The notes under the pieces were generated by a model. The model made no database searches. It was not told the DNA's origin and worked only from the letters and a program-made list of their open reading frames with translations. Shown in pieces: positions 63,744-64,000 of a stretch of 64,000 nucleotides of DNA. The position numbers and the translations under genes were made by a program. The DNA lies in assembly GCA_051362555.1 (NCBI GenBank), contig CM120643.1, forward strand, positions 9,548,001 through 9,612,000, read 5' to 3'. This DNA is from Lingula anatina (taxonomy: Eukaryota > Animalia > Brachiopoda). Numbering within the stretch: position 1 is the stretch's first letter; each line of letters begins with the position of its first letter.

Positions 63744-64000
63744 AGTTATCTGTCCTGCAGTATGTCCAGTTAGCTCAGCCATTCCCCCTCTGTCTTCAGA
63801 GGAGGACTGGCCAGCTCTCCCCCCTCCCTCAGTGAGCCTTCACACTTCACCTCTCAAGCTAGCATCCACGCAACACAACAACACACCCAAACCTCAGCAG
63901 ACCAAGCTTGCACCCACACCAGCCAAGCCTGTGTCCTCCTCCACAGTACCACAGGTAAGGTGCAGTCCTCACACGCACAAGCAGGCACCACTCAACATTC

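Overview
This is eukaryotic, intron-rich, AT-rich animal genomic DNA, probably from a marine invertebrate such as a mollusc (inference). From left to right it contains: (1) the 3' part of an apparently intact Ty3/Gypsy LTR retrotransposon (pol = PR-RT-RH-IN with a C-terminal PHD finger, then a TatD-nuclease fragment, PPT and 3' LTR), lying antisense inside an intron of (2) an SLC7 amino-acid transporter (- strand, 5' exons only); (3) glycine cleavage H protein GCSH (-, 5 exons), head-to-head with (4) a two-domain phosphoethanolamine N-methyltransferase (+, 12 exons); (5) a TauE/SafE-type membrane transporter (-, 4 exons); a repeat-rich gap of about 12 kb; (6) NUDCD1 (+, 9 exons), tail-to-tail with (7) a secreted WSC-domain protein with Arg-rich, Lys/Pro/Val and Glu/Gly blocks; and (8) a frameshifted SGNH-esterase ORF split by a TIR element. 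Many non-autonomous DNA transposons are present (Harbinger-type MITEs with TWA TSDs, CAG..CTG elements with 5-bp TSDs, TTAA Kolobok-like and Helentron-like elements), several of them nested. The most unusual signals are the PHD plus TatD cargo of the Gypsy element and the charge-segregated WSC protein. Gene models were assembled by eye from splice sites and motif recognition; no database search was run.
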